In this document: positions 43,201 to 58,580 of the stretch, piece after piece
Layout: every line of letters starts with the position of its first letter
Numbering within the stretch: position 1 is the stretch's first letter
Assembly: GCA_964016885.1 (NCBI GenBank)
Contig: OZ024752.1
Location: 29,326,001 to 29,390,000 of the forward strand
Direction: 5' to 3'
Origin: Eledone cirrhosa
Taxonomy: Eukaryota
Length of the DNA: 64,000 nt
Made by a program: the position numbers and the translations under genes
Notes under the pieces: model-generated
What the model saw: only the letters and a program-made list of their open reading frames with translations
Told to the model about the DNA's origin: nothing
The model's database searches: none

Positions 43201-46200
43201 CAGCACTAGAGTAGGTAGATTTTATCATGTCACCAGCACTAGAGAGGTAGAGTTTATCATGTCACCAGCACTAGAGAGGTAGAGTTTATCATGACCCCAG
43301 CAGTACAGTAGGTAGAGTTTATCATGACACCAGCACTACAGAGGTAAATTTTATCATGTCACCAGCACTAGAGAGGTAGATTTTATCATGTCACCAGCAC
43401 TAGAGAGGTAGAGTTTATCATGTCACCAGCACTACAGTAGGTAGTGTTTATCATGACACCAACACTACAGTAGGTAGTTTATCATGTCACCAGCACTAGA
43501 GAGGTAGAGCTTATCATGTCACCAGCACGAGAGAGGTAGAGTTTATCATGTCACCAGCACTACAGTCGGTAGAGTTTATCATGACACCAGCACTAGAGAG
43601 GTAGAGCTTATCATGTCACCAGCACTAGAGAGGTCGAGTGTATCATGTCACCAGCACTACAGTAGGTAGTTTATCATGTTACCAGCACTAGAGGTAGAGT
43701 TTATCATGTCACCAGCACTAGAGAGGTAGAGTTTATCATGTCACCAGCACTACAGTAGGTAGAGTTTATCATGTCACCAGCACTAGAGAGGTAGAGTTTA
43801 TCATGTCACCAATACTACAGAGGTAGAGTTTATCATGACACCAGCACTAGAGAGGTAGTGTTTATCATGTCACCAGCACTACAGTAGGTAGTGTTTATCA
43901 TGTCACCAGCACTAGAGAGGTAGAGTTTATCATGTCAGCAGCACTAGAGAAGTAGTGTTTATCATGTCACCAGCACTACAGTAGGTAGTGTTTATCATGT
44001 CACCAGCACTAGAGAGGTAGAGTTTATCATGTCACCAGCACTAGAGAGGTAGAATTTATCATGTCACCAGCACTAGAAAGGTAGAGTTTATCATGACACC
44101 AGCACTAGAGAGGTAGAGTGTATCATGACACCACCACTAGAAAGGTAGAGTTTATCATGTCACCAGTACTACAGTAGGTAGTGTTTATCATGTCACCAGC
44201 ACTAGAGAGGTAGAGTTTATCATGTCACGAACACTACAGTAGGTAGTGTTTATCATGACACCAGCACTAGAGAGGTAGAGTTTATCATGTCACCAGCAGT
44301 AGAGTGGTAGAGTTTATCATGACACCAGCAGTACAGTAGGTAGAGTTTATCATGACACCAGCACTAGAGAGGTAGAATTTATCATGACACCAGCACTACA
44401 GTAGGTAGAGTTTATCATGTCACCAGCAGTACAGTAGGTAGAGTTTATCATGTCACCAGCAGTACAGTAGGTAGAGTTTATCATGTCACCAGCAGTACAG
44501 TAGGTAGAGTTTATCATGTCACCAGTACTAGAGAGGTAGAGATTATCATGTCACCAGCACTACAGTACGTAGAGTTTATCATTACACCAGCACTAGAGAG
44601 GTAGAGTTTATCATGTCACCAGCACTAGAGAGGTAGAGATTATCATGTCACCAGAACTACAGTACGTAGAGTTTATAATGTCACCAGCACTAGAGAGGTA
44701 GAGATTATCATGTCACCAGCACTAGAGAGGTAGAGTTTATCATGTCACCTGCACTAGAGAGGTAGAGTTTATCATGTCACTAATACTAGAGAGGTAAAGT
44801 TTATCATGACACCAGCACTACAGTAGGTAGTGTTTATCATGACACCAGCACTAGAGAGGTAGAGTTTATCATGTCACCAGCACTACAGTAGGTAGAGTTT
44901 ATCATGTCACCAGCACTAGAGAGGTAGAGTTTATCATGTCACCAGTACTAGAGAGGTAGAGATTATCATGTCACCAGCACTACAGTACGTAGAGTTTATA
45001 ATGTCACCAGCACTAGAGAGGTAGAGTTTATCATGTCACCAGTATGAGAGAGGTAGAGATTATCATGTCACGAGCACTACAGTACGTAGAGTTTATGTCA
45101 CCAGCACTAGAGAGGTAGAGTTTATCATGTCACCAGCACTAGAGAGGTAGAGTTTATCATGTCACCAGCACTAGACAGGTAGAGTTTATCATGTCACCAG
45201 CACTAGACAGGTAGAGTTTATCATGTCACCAGCACTAGAGAGGTAGAGTTTATCATGTCATCAGCAGTACAGTAGGTAGTTTATAATGTCACCAGCACTA
45301 GAGAGGTAGAGTTTATCATGACACCAGCACTACAGTACGTAGAGTTTATAATGTCACCAGCACGAGAGAAGTAGAGTTTATCATGACACCAACAGTACAG
45401 TAGGTAGAGTTTATCATGACACCAGCACTAGAAAGGTAGAGTTTATCATGTCACCAGTACTACAGTAGGTAGTGTTTATCATGTCACCAGCACTAGAGAG
45501 GTAGAGTTTATCATGTCACGAACACTACAGTAGGTAGTGTTTATCATGACACCAGCACTAGAGAGGTAGAGTTTATCATGTCACCAGCAGTAGAGTGGTA
45601 GAGTTTATCATGTCACCAGCACTAGAGAGGTAGAGTTTATCATGACACCAGCACTAGAGAGGCAGTGTTTATCATGTCACCAGCACTACAGTAGGTAGTG
45701 TTTATCATGTCACCAGCACTAGAGAGGTAGAGTTTATCATGTCACCAACACTAGAGAGGTAGTGTTTATCATGTCACCAGCACTACAGTAGGTAGTGTTT
45801 ATCATGACACCAGCACTACAGAGGTAGAGTTTATCATGACACCAGCACAACAGTAGGTAGTGTTTATCATGTCACCAGCACTAGAGAGGTAGAGTTTATC
45901 ATGACACCAGCACTAGAGAGGTAGAGTTTATCATGTCACCAGCACTAGAGAGGTAGAGTTTATCATGACACCAACAGTACAGTGGGTAGAGTTTATCATG
46001 ACACCAGCAGTACAGTAGGTAGAGTTTATCATGTGACAAGCACTAGAGAGGTAGAGTTTATCATAACACCAGCAGTACAGTAGGTAGAGTTGATCATGTC
46101 ACCAGTACTACAGTAGGTAGTGTTTATCATGTCACCAGCACTAGAGAGGTAGAGTTTATCATGACACGAGCACTACAGTAGGTAGTTTATCATGTCACCA

Positions 46201-48410
46201 GCACTAGAGATAGAGTTTATCATGTCACCAGCACTAGAGAGGTAGAGTGTATCATGTCACCAGCACTACAGTAGGTAGTTTATCATGTCACCAGCACTAG
46301 AGATAGAGTTTATCATGTCACCAGCACTAGAGAGGTAGAGTTTATCATGTCACCAGCACTATAGTAGGTAGAGTTTATCATGTCACCAGCACTAGAGAGG
46401 TAGATTTTATCATGTCACCAATACTAGAGAGGTAGAGTTTATCATGACACCAGCACTAGAGAGGTAGTGTTTATCATGTCACCAGCACTACAGTAGGTAG
46501 TGTTTATCATGACACCAGCACTAGAGAGGTAGAGTTTATCATGTCACCAGCACTAGAGAGGTAGAGTTTATCATGTCACCAGCACTAGAGAGGTAGAGTT
46601 TATCATGTCACCAGCACTAGAAAGGTAGAGTTTATCATGACACCAGCACTAGAGAGGTAGAGTTTATCATGACACCAACAGTACAGTAAGTAGAGTTTAT
46701 CATGACACCAGCAGTACAGTAGGTAGAGTTTATCATGTCACCAGCACTAGAGAGGTAGAGTTTATCATGACACCAGCACTAGAAAGGTAGAGTTTATCAT
46801 GTCACCAGTACTACAGTAGGTAGTGTTTATCATGTCACCAGCACTAGAGAGGTAGAGTTTATCATGTCACGAGCACTACAGTAGGTAGTGTTTATCATGA
46901 CACCAGCACTAGAGAGGTAGAGTTTATCATGTCACCAGCACTAGAATGGTAGATTTTATCATGTCACCAGCACTAGAGAGGTAGAGTTTATCATGACACA
47001 GCACTAGAGAGGTAGAGTTTATCATGACACCAGCACTACAGTAGGTAGAGTTTATCATGACACCAGCACTACAGTAGGTAGAGTTTCTCATGTCACCAGC
47101 ACTACAGTAGGTAGTTTATCATGTCACCAGCACTAGAGAGGTAGAGTTTATCATGAAACCAGCACTACAGTAGGTAGTGTTTATCATGACACCAGCAGTA
47201 CAGTAGGTAGTGTTTATCATGTCACCAGCACTACAGTCGGTAGAGTTTATCATGTCACCAGCACTAGAGAGGTAGAGTTTATCATGTCACCAGCACTAGA
47301 GTAGGTAGATTTTATCATGTCACCAGCACTAGAGAGGTAGAGTTTATCATGTCACCAGCACTAGAGAGGTAGAGTTTATCATGACCCCAGCAGTACAGTA
47401 GGTAGAGTTTATCATGACACCAGCACTACAGAGGTAAATTTTATCATGTCACCAGCACTAGAGAGGTAGACTTTATCATGTCACCAGCACTAGAGAGGTA
47501 GAGTTTATCATGTCACCAGCACTACAGTAGGTAGTGTTTATCATGACACCAACACTACAGTAGGTAGTTTATCATGTCACCAGCACTAGAGAGGTAGAGC
47601 TTATCATGTCACCAGCACGAGAGAGGTAGAGTTTATCATGTCACCAGCACTACAGTAGGTAGAGTTTATCATGACACCAGCACTAGAGAGGTAGATTTTA
47701 TCATGTCACCAGCACTAGAGAGGTCGAGTGTATCATGTCACCAGCACTACAGTAGGTAGTTTATCATGTTACCAGCACTAGAGGTAGAGTTTATCATGTC
47801 ACCAGCACTAGAGAGGTAGAGTTTATCATGTCACCTGCACTACAGTAGGTAGAGTTTATCATGTCACCAGCACTAGAGAGGTAGAGTTTATCATGTCACC
47901 AATACTACAGAGGTAGAGTTTATCATGACACCAGCACTAGAGAGGTAGTGTTTATCATGTCACCAGCACTACGGTAGGTAGTGTTTATCATGTCACCAGC
48001 ACTAGAGAGGTAGAGTTTATCATGTCAGCAGCACTAGAGAGGTAGTGTTTATCATGTCACCAGCACTACAGTAGATAGTGTTTATCATGTCACCAGCACT
48101 AGAGAGGTAGAGTTTATCATGTCACCAGCACTAGAGAGGTAGAATTTATCATGTCACCAGCACTAGAAAGGTAGAGTTTATCATGACACCAGCACTAGAG
48201 AGGTAGAGTGTATCATGACACCACCACTAGAAAGGTAGAGTTTATCATGTCACCAGTACTACAGTAGGTAGTGTTTATCATGTCACCAGCACTAGAGAGG
48301 TAGAGTTTATCATGTCACGAACACTACAGTAGGTAGTGTTTATCATGACACCAGCACTAGAGAGGTAGAGTTTATCATGTCACCAGCAGTAGAGTGGTAG
48401 AGTTTATCAT
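40250..48410 (+). repeat. Tandem higher-order duplication of about 4.1 kb (about 40250-44320 vs 44380-48410)
   Basis: CCTGCACTAG at 40622/44748 and CACCAGTATG at 40911/45037 (+4126); ACAGTGGGTA at 41921/45979 (+4058); GAGTTTCTCA at 42991/47081 and TCACGAACAC at 44225/48315 (+4090). Confidence 0.9.
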
Positions 48411-51400
48411 GTCACCAACACTAGAGAGGTAGAGTTTATCATGACACCAGCACTAGAGAGGTAGAGTTTATCATGACACCAGCAGTACAGTAGCTAGAGT
48501 TTATCATGACACCAGCACTAGAGAGGTAGAGTTTATCATGACACCAGCACTAGGGAGGTAGAGTTTATCATGTCACCAGCACTAGAGAGGTAGAGTTTAT
48601 CATAAAACCAGCACTACAGTAGGTAGTGTTTATCATGACACCAGCAGTACAGTAGGTAGAGTTTATCATGTCACCAGCACTAGAGAGGTAGAGTTTATCA
48701 TGTCACCAGCACTCCAGTAGGTAGAGTTTATCATGTCACCAGCACTAGAGAGGTAGAGTTTATCATGACACCAGCAGTACAGTAGGTAGAGTTTATCATG
48801 TCACCAGCACTAGAGAGGTAGAGTTTATCATGTCACCAGCACTACAGTAGGTAGTGTTTATCATGACACCAGCACTACAGTAGGTAGTTTATCATGTCAC
48901 CAGCACTAGAGAGGTAGAGCTTATCATGTCACCAGCACTACAGTAGGTAGAGTTTATCATGACACCAGCACTAGAGAGGTTGAGTGTATCATGTCAACAG
49001 CACTACAGAGGTAGTGTTTATCATGACACCAGCACTACAGTAGGTAGAGTTTATCATGTCACCAGCACTAGAGAGGTAGAGTTTATCATGTCGCCAGCAC
49101 TAGAGAGGTAGAGTTTATCATGTCACCAGCACTACAGTAGGTAGTTTATAATGTCACCAGCACTACAGTAGGTAGAGTTTATCATGTCACCAGCACTAGA
49201 GAGGTTGAGTTCATCATGTCACCAGCACTATAGAGGTAGAGTTTATCATGTGACCAGCACTACAGTAGGTAGCTTTTATCATGTCACCAGCACTAGAGAG
49301 GTAGAGTGTATCATGTCACCAGCAGTACAGTAGGTAGTTTATAATGTCACCAGCTCTACAGTAAGGTAGTGTTTATCATGTCACCAGCACTAGAGAGGTA
49401 GAGTTTATCATGTCACCAGAACTAGAGAGGTAGAGTTTATCATGTCACCAGCACTACAGTAAGGTAGTGTTTATCATGTCACCATAACTAGAGAGGTAGA
49501 GATTATCATGTCACTAGCACTACAGTACGTAGAGTTTATCATTACACCAGCACTAGAGAGGTAGAGTTTATCATGACACAGCACTAGAGAGGTAGAGTTT
49601 ATCATGACACCAGCACTACAGTAGGTAGAGTTTATCATGACACCAGCACTACAGTAGGTAGAGTTTCTCATGTCACCAGCACTACAGTAGGTAGTTTATC
49701 ATGTCACCAGCACTAGAGAGGTAGAGTTTATCATGAAACCAGCACTACAGTAGGTAGTGTTTATCATGACACCAGCAGTACAGTAGGTAGTGTTTATCAT
49801 GTCACCAGCACTACAGTCGGTAGAGTTTATCATGTCACCAGCACTAGAGAGGTAGAGTTTATCATGTCACCAGCACTAGAGTAGGTAGATTTTATCATGT
49901 CACCAGCACTAGAGAGGTAGAGTTTATCATGTCACCAGCACTAGAGAGGTAGAGTTTATCATGACCCCAGCAGTACAGTAGGTAGAGTTTATCATGACAC
50001 CAGCACTACAGAGGTAAATTTTATCATGTCACCAGCACTAGAGAGGTAGATTTTATCATGTCACCAGCACTAGAGAGGTAGAGTTTATCATGTCACCAGC
50101 ACTACAGTAGGTAGTGTTTATCATGACACCAACACTACAGTAGGTAGTTTATCATGTCACCAGCACTAGAGAGGTAGAGCTTATCATGTCACCAGCACGA
50201 GAGAGGTAGAGTTTATCATGTCACCAGCACTACAGTAGGTAGAGTTTATCATGACACCAGCACTAGAGAGGTAGATTTTATCATGTCACCAGCACTAGAG
50301 AGGTCGAGTGTATCATGTCACCAGCACTACAGTAGGTAGTTTATCATGTTACCAGCACTAGAGGTAGAGTTTATCATGTCACCAGCACTAGAGAGGTAGA
50401 GTTTATCATGTCACCTGCACTACAGTAGGTAGAGTTTATCATGTCACCAGCACTAGAGAAGTAGAGTTTATCATGTCACCAATACTACAGAGGTAGAGTT
50501 TATCATGACACCAGCACTAGAGAGGTAGTGTTTATCATGTCACCAGCACTACAGTAGGTAGTGTTTATCATGTCACCAGCACTAGAGAGGTAGAGTTTAT
50601 CATGTCAGCAGCACTAGAGAGGTAGTGTTTATCATGTCACCAGCACTACAGTAGGTAGTGTTTATCATGTCACCAGCACTAGAGAGGTAGAGTTTATCAT
50701 GTCACCAGCACTAGAGAGGTAGAATTTATCATGTCACCAGCACTAGAAAGGTAGAGTTTATCATGACACCAGCACTAGAGAGGTAGAGTGTATCATGACA
50801 CCACCACTAGAAAGGTAGAGTTTATCATGTCACCAGTACTACAGTAGGTAGTGTTTATCATGTCACCAGCACTAGAGAGGTAGAGTTTATCATGTCACGA
50901 ACACTACAGTAGGTAGTGTTTATCATGACACCAGCACTAGAGAGGTAGAGTTTATCATGTCACCAGCAGTAGAGTGGTAGAGTTTATCATGTCACCAACA
51001 CTAGAGAGGTAGAGTTTATCATGACCCCAGCACTAGAGAGGTAGAGTTTATCATGACACCAGCAGTACAGTAGGTAGAGTTTATCATGACACCAGCACTA
51101 GAGAGGTAGAGTTTATCATGACACCAGCACTAGGGAGGTAGAGTTTATCATGTCACCAGCACTAGAGAGGTAGAGTTTATCATAAAACCAGCACTACAGT
51201 AGGTAGTGTTTATCATGACACCAGCAGTACAGTAGGTAGAGTTTATCATGTCACCAGCACTAGAGAGGTAGAGTTTATCATGTCACCAGCACTCCAGTAG
51301 GTAGAGTTTATCATGTCACCAGCACTAGAGAGGTAGAGTTTATCATGTCACCAGCACTACAGTAGGTAGTGTTTATCATGACACCAGCACTACAGTAGGT

Positions 51401-52080
51401 AGTTTATCATGTCACCAGCACTAGAGAGGTAGAGCTTATCATGTCACCAGCACTACAGTAGGTAGAGTTTATCATGACACCAGCACTAGAGAGGTTGAGT
51501 GTATCATGTCAACAGCACTACAGAGGTAGTGTTTATCATGACACCAGCACTACAGTAGGTAGAGTTTATCATGTCACCAGCACTAGAGAGGTAGAGTTTA
51601 TCATGTCGCCAGCACTAGGGAGGTAGAGTTTATCATGTCACCAGCACTACAGTAGGTAGTTTATAATGTCACCAGCACTACAGTAGGTAGAGTTTATCAT
51701 GTCACCAGCACTAGAGAGGTTGAGTTCATCATGTCACCAGCACTAGAGAGGTAGAGTTTATCATGTGACCAGCACTACAGTAGGTAGATTTTATCATGTC
51801 ACCAGCACTAGAGAGGTAGAGTGTATCATGTCACCAGCAGTACAGTAGGTAGTTTATAATGTCACCAGCACTACAGTAAGGTAGTGTTTATCATGTCACC
51901 AGCACTAGAGAGGTAGAGTTTATCATGTCACCAGAACTAGAGAGGTAGAGTTTATCATGTCACCAGCACTACAGTAAGGTAGTGTTTATCATGTCACCAG
52001 AACTAGAGAGGTAGAGATTATCATGTCACCAGCACTACAGTACGTAGAGTTTATCATTACACCAGCACTAGAGAGGTAGA
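46981..52080 (+). repeat. Tandem duplication, offset 2580 bp then 2515 bp (about 46981-49560 vs 49561-52080)
   Basis: GAGTTTCTCA at 47081/49661, TCACGAACAC at 48315/50895, CATAAAACCA at 48601/51181. TCGCCAGC at 49091/51606 follows loss of a 65-bp A+B dimer. Confidence 0.9.
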
Positions 52081-54579
52081 GTTTATCATGTCACCAGCAC
52101 TAGAGAGGTAGAGATTATCATGTCACCAGCACTACAGTACGTAGAGTTTATAATGTCACCAGCACTACAGAGGTAGATTTTATCATGTCACCAGCACTAG
52201 AGAGGTAGAGTTAATCATGTCACCAGCACTAGAGAGGTAGAGTTTATCATGTCACCAACACTACAGTAGGTAGTGTTTATCATGACACCAGCACTACAGT
52301 AGGTAGTTTATCATGTCACCAGCACTAGAGAGGTAGAGCTTATCATGTCACCAGCACGAGAGAGGTAGAGTTTATCATGTCACCAGCACTACAGTAGGTA
52401 GAGCTTATCATGACACCAGCACTAGAGAGGTCGAGTGTATCATGTCACCAGCACTACAGTAGGTAGTTTATCATGTCACCAGCACTAGAGGTAGAGTTTA
52501 TCATGTTACCAGCACTACAGTAGGTAGAGTTTATCATGACACCAGCACTAGAGAGGTAGAGTTTATCATGTCACCAGCACTAGAGAGGTAGAGTTTATCA
52601 TGTTACCAGCACTACAGTAGGTAGAGTTTATCATGACACCAGCACTAGAGAGGTAGAGTTTATCATGTAACTAGCACTAGAGAGGTAGAGTTTATCATGT
52701 CACCAGCACTACAGTAGGTAGAGTTTATCATGTCACCAGCACTAGACAGGTAGAGTTTATCATGTAACCAGCACTAGAGAGGTAGAGTTTATCATGTCAC
52801 CAGCAGTACAGTAGGTAGTTTATAATGTCACCAGCACTAGAGAGGTAGAGCTTATCATGACACCAGCACTACAGTAGGTAGTGTTTATCATGTCACCAGC
52901 ACTAGAGAGATAGAGTTTATCATGTCACCAGAACTAGAGAGGTAGAGTTTATCATGTCACCAGCACTACAGTAGGTAGTGCTTATCATGTCACCAGCACT
53001 AGAGAGATAGAGTTTATCATGTCACCAGAACTAGAGAGGTAGAGTTTATCATGTCACCAGCACTACAGTAGGTAGAGTATATCATGACACCACCACTAGA
53101 GAGGTAGAGTTTATCATGTCACCAGCACTAGACAGGTAGAGTTTATCATGTCACCAGCACTACAGTAGGTAGTGCTTATCATGACACCAGCACTACAGTA
53201 GGTACAGTTTATCATGTCACCAGCAGTACAGTAGGTAGAGTTTATCATGTCACCAGCACTAGAGAGGTAGAGTTTATCATGTAACCAGCACTCCAGTAGG
53301 TAGTTTATAATGTCACCAGCACTACAGTAGGTAGTGTTTATCATGTCACCAGCACTAGAGAGGTAGAGTTTATCATGTCACCAATACTAGAGAGGTAAAG
53401 TTTATCATGACACCAGCACTACAGTAGGTAGTGTTTACCATGACACCAGCACTAGAGAGGTAGAGTTTATCATGTCACCAGCACTACAGTAGGTAGTGTT
53501 TATCATGTCACCAGCACTAGAGAGGTAGAGTTTATCATGTCACCAGCACTAGAGAGGTAGTGTTTATCATGTTACCAGCACTACAGTAGGTAGTGTTTAT
53601 CATGACACCAGCACTAGAGAGGTAGAGTTTATCATGTCACTAGCACTAGAGAGGTAGAGTTTATCATGTCACCAATACTAGAGAGGTAAAGTTTATCATG
53701 ACACCAGCAATACAGTAGGTGGAGTTTATCATGTCACCAGCACTAACGAGGTAGAATTTATCATGTCACCACCACTAGAGAGGTAGTGTTTATCATGTCA
53801 CCAGCACTACAGTAGGTAGTGTTTATCATGACACCAGCACTAGAGAGGTAGAGTTTATCATGACACCAGCACTAGAGAGGTAGAGTTTATCATGACACCA
53901 ACAGTACAGTAGGTAGAGTTTATCATGACACCAGCAGTACAGTAGGTAGAGTTTATCATGTCACCAGCACTAGAGAGGTAGAGTTTATCATGACACCAGC
54001 ACTACAGTAGGTAGTGTTTATCATGACACCAGCACTAGAGAGGTCGAGTGTATCATGTCACCAGCACTACAGTAGGTAGTTTATCATGTCACCAGCACTA
54101 GAGGTAGAGTTTATCATGTCACCAGCACTAGAGAGGTAGAGTTTATCATGTCACCAGCACTACAGTAGGTAGAGTTTATCATGACACCACCACTAGAGAG
54201 GTAGAGTGTATCATGTCACCAGCACTAGAGAGGTAGAGTTTATCATGTCACCAGCACTACAGTAGGTAGTGTTTATCATGTCACCAGCACTAGTGAGGTA
54301 GAGTTTATCATGTCACCAGCACTAGAGAGGTAGTGTTTATCATGTCACCAGCACTACAGTAGGTAGTGTTTATCATGACACCAGCACTAGAGAGGTAGAG
54401 TTTATCATGTCACTAATACTAGAGAGGTAAAATTTATCATGACACCAGCAATACAGTAGGTAGAGTTTATCATGTCACCAGCACTAGAGAGGTAGTGTTT
54501 ATCATGTCACCAGCACTACAGTAGGTAGTGTTTATCATGACACCAGCACTAGAGAGGTAGAGTTTATCATGACACCAGC

Positions 54580-57500
54580 ACTAGAGAGGTAGAGTTTATC
54601 ATGACACCAACAGTACAGTAGGTAGAATTTATCATGACACCAGCAGTACAGTAGGTAGAGTTTATCATGTCACCAGCACTAGAGAGGTAGAGTTTATCAT
54701 GACACCAGCACTAGAAAGGTACAGTTTATCATGACACCAACAGTACAGTAGGTAGAGTTTATCATGTCACCAGCACTCCAGTAGGTAGTTTATAATGTAA
54801 CCATCACTACAGTAGGTAGTGTTTATCATGTCACTAGCACTAGAGAGGTAGAGTTTATCATGTCACCAATACTAGAGAGGTAAAGTTTATCATGACACCA
54901 GCACTACAGTAGGTAGTGTTTATCATGACACCAGCACTAGAGAGGTAGAGTTTATCATGTCACCAGCACTACAGTAGGTAGTGTTTATCATGTCACCAGC
55001 ACTAGAGAGGTAGAGTTTATCATGTCACCAGCACTAGAGAGGTAGTTTTTATCATGTCACCAGCACTACAGTAGGTAGTGTTTATCATGACACCAGCACT
55101 AGAAAGGTAGTGTTTATCATGACACCAGCACTACAGTAGGTAGAGTTTATCATGTCACCAGCAGTACAGTAGGTAGAGTTTATCATGTCACCAGCACTAG
55201 AGAGGTCGAGTGTATCATGTCACCAGCACTACAGTAGGTAGTTTATCATGTTACCAGCACTAGAGGTAGAGTTTATCATGTCACCAGCACTAGAGAGGTA
55301 GAGTTTATCATGTCACCTGCACTACAGTAGGTAGAGTTTATCATGTCACCAGCACTAGAGAGGTAGAGTTTATCATGTCACCAATACTACAGAGGTAGAG
55401 TTTATCATGACACCAGCACTAGAGAGGTAGTGTTTATCATGTCACCAGCACTACAGTAGGTAGTGTTTATCATGTCACCAGCACTAGAGAGGTAGAGTTT
55501 ATCATGTCAGCAGCACTAGAGTGGTAGTGTTTATCATGTCACCAGCACTACAGTAGGTAGTGTTTATCATGTCACCAGCACTAGAGAGGTAGAGTTTATC
55601 ATGTCACCAGCACTAGAGAGGTAGAATTTATCATGTCACCAGCACTAGAAAGGTAGAGTTTATCATGACACCAGCACTAGAGAGGTAGAGTGTATCATGA
55701 CACCACCACTAGAAAGGTAGAGTTTATCATGTCACCAGTACTACAGTAGGTAGTGTTTATCATGTCACCAGCACTAGAGAGGTAGAGTTTATCATGTCAC
55801 GAACACTACAGTAGGTAGTGTTTATCATGACACCAGCACTAGAGAGGTAGAGTTTATCATGTCACCAGCAGTAGAGTGGTAGAGTTTATCATGTCACCAA
55901 CACTAGAGAGGTAGAGTTTATCATGACACCAGCACTAGAGAGGTAGAGTTTATCATGACACCAGCAGTACAGTAGGTAGAGTTTATCATGACACCAGCAC
56001 TAGAGAGGTAGAGTTTATCATGACACCAGCACTAGGGAGGTAGAGTTTATCATGTCACCAGCACTAGAGAGGTAGAGTTTATCATAAAACCAGCACTACA
56101 GTAGGTAGTGTTTATCATGACACCAGCAGTACAGTAGGTAGAGTTTATCATGTCACCAGCACTAGAGAGGTAGAGTTTATCATGTCACCAGCACTCCAGT
56201 AGATAGAGTTTATCATGTCACCAGCACTAGAGAGGTAGAGTTTATCATGACACCAGCAGTACAGTAGGTAGAGTTTATCATGTCACCAGCACTAGAGAGG
56301 TAGAGTTTATCATGTCACCAGCACTACAGTAGGTAGTGTTTATCATGACACCAGCACTACAGTAGGTAGTTTATCATGTCACCAGCACTAGAGAGGTAGA
56401 GCTTATCATGTCACCAGCACTACAGTAGGTAGAGTTTATCATGACACCAGCACTAGAGAGGTTGAGTGTATCATGTCAACAGCACTACAGAGGTAGTGTT
56501 TATCATGACACCAGCACTACAGTAGGTAGAGTTTATCATGTCACCAGCACTAGAGAGGTAGAGTTTATCATGTCGCCAGCACTAGAGAGGTAGAGTTTAT
56601 CATGACACCAACAGTACAGTAGGTAGAATTTATCATGACACCAGCAGTACAGTAGGTAGAGTTTATCATGTCACCAGCACTAGAGAGGTAGAGTTTATCA
56701 TGACACCAGCACTAGAAAGGTACAGTTTATCATGACACCAACAGTACAGTAGGTAGAGTTTATCATGTCACCAGCACTCCAGTAGGTAGTTTATAATGTA
56801 ACCAGCACTACAGTAGGTAGTGTTTATCATGTCACTAGCACATGAGAGGTAGAGTTTATCATGTCACCAATACTAGAGAGGTAAAGTTTATCATGACACC
56901 AGCACTACAGTAGGTAGTGTTTATCATGACACCAGCACTAGAGAGGTAGAGTTTATCATGTCACCAGCACTACAGTAGGTAGTGTTTATCATGTCACCAG
57001 CACTAGAGAGGTAGAGTTTATCATGTCACCAGCACTAGAGAGGTAGTTTTTATCATGTCACCAGCACTACAGTAGGTAGTGTTTATCATGACACCAGCAC
57101 TAGAAAGGTAGTGTTTATCATGACACCAGCACTACAGTAGGTAGAGTTTATCATGTCACCAGCAGTACCGTAGGTAGAGTTTATCATGTCACCAGCACTA
57201 GAGAGGTCGAGTGTATCATGTCACCAGCACTACAGTAGGTAGTTTATCATGTTACCAGCACTAGAGGTAGAGTTTATCATGTCACCAGCACTAGAGAGGT
57301 AGAGTTTATCATGTCACCTGCACTACAGTAGGTAGAGTTTATCATGTCACCAGCACTAGAGAGGTAGAGTTTATCATGTCACCAATACTACAGAGGTAGA
57401 GTTTATCATGACACCAGCACTAGAGAGGTAGTGTTTATCATGTCACCAGCACTACAGTAGGTAGTGTTTATCATGTCACCAGCACTAGAGAGGTAGAGTT

Positions 57501-58580
57501 TATCATGTCAGCAGCACTAGAGTGGTAGTGTTTATCATGTCACCAGCACTACAGTAGGTAGTGTTTATCATGTCACCAGCACTAGAGAGGTAGAGTTTAT
57601 CATGTCACCAGCACTAGAGAGGTAGAATTTATCATGTCACCAGCACTAGAAAGGTAGAGTTTATCATGACACCAGCACTAGAGAGGTAGAGTGTATCATG
57701 ACACCACCACTAGAAAGGTAGAGTTTATCATGTCACCAGTACTACAGTAGGTAGTGTTTATCATGTCACCAGCACTAGAGAGGTAGAGTTTATCATGTCA
57801 CGAACACTACAGTAGGTAGTGTTTATCATGACACCAGCACTAGAGAGGTAGAGTTTATCATGTCACCAGCAGTAGAGTGGTAGAGTTTATCATGTCACCA
57901 ACACTAGAGAGGTAGAGTTTATCATGACACCAGCACTAGAGAGGTAGAGTTTATCATGACACCAGCAGTACAGTAGGTAGAGTTTATCATGACACCAGCA
58001 CTAGAGAGGTAGAGTTTATCATGACACCAGCACTAGGGAGGTAGAGTTTATCATGTCACCAGCACTAGAGAGGTAGAGTTTATCATAAAACCAGCACTAC
58101 AGTAGGTAGTGTTTATCATGACACCAGCAGTACAGTAGGTAGAGTTTATCATGTCACCAGCACTAGAGAGGTAGAGTTTATCATGTCACCAACACTCCAG
58201 TAGGTAGAGTTTATCATGTCACCAGCACTAGAGAGGTAGAGTTTATCATGACACCAGCAGTACAGTAGGTAGAGTTTATCATGTCACCAGCACTAGAGAG
58301 GTAGAGTTTATCATGTCACCAGCACTACAGTAGGTAGTGTTTATCATGACACCAGCACTACAGTAGGTAGTTTATCATGTCACCAGCACTAGAGAGGTAG
58401 AGCTTATCATGTCACCAGCACTACAGTAGGTAGAGTTTATCATGACACCAGCACTAGAGAGGTTGAGTGTATCATGTCAACAGCACTACAGAGGTAGTGT
58501 TTATCATGACACCAGCACTACAGTAGGTAGAGTTTATCATGTCACCAGCACTAGAGAGGTAGAGTTTATCATGTCGCCAG
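54580..58580 (+). repeat. Tandem duplication, offset 2001 bp
   Basis: ACAGTTTATC after AGAAAGGT at 54721/56722, TCACGAACAC at 55797/57798, CATAAAACC at 56083/58084. Confidence 0.92.
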
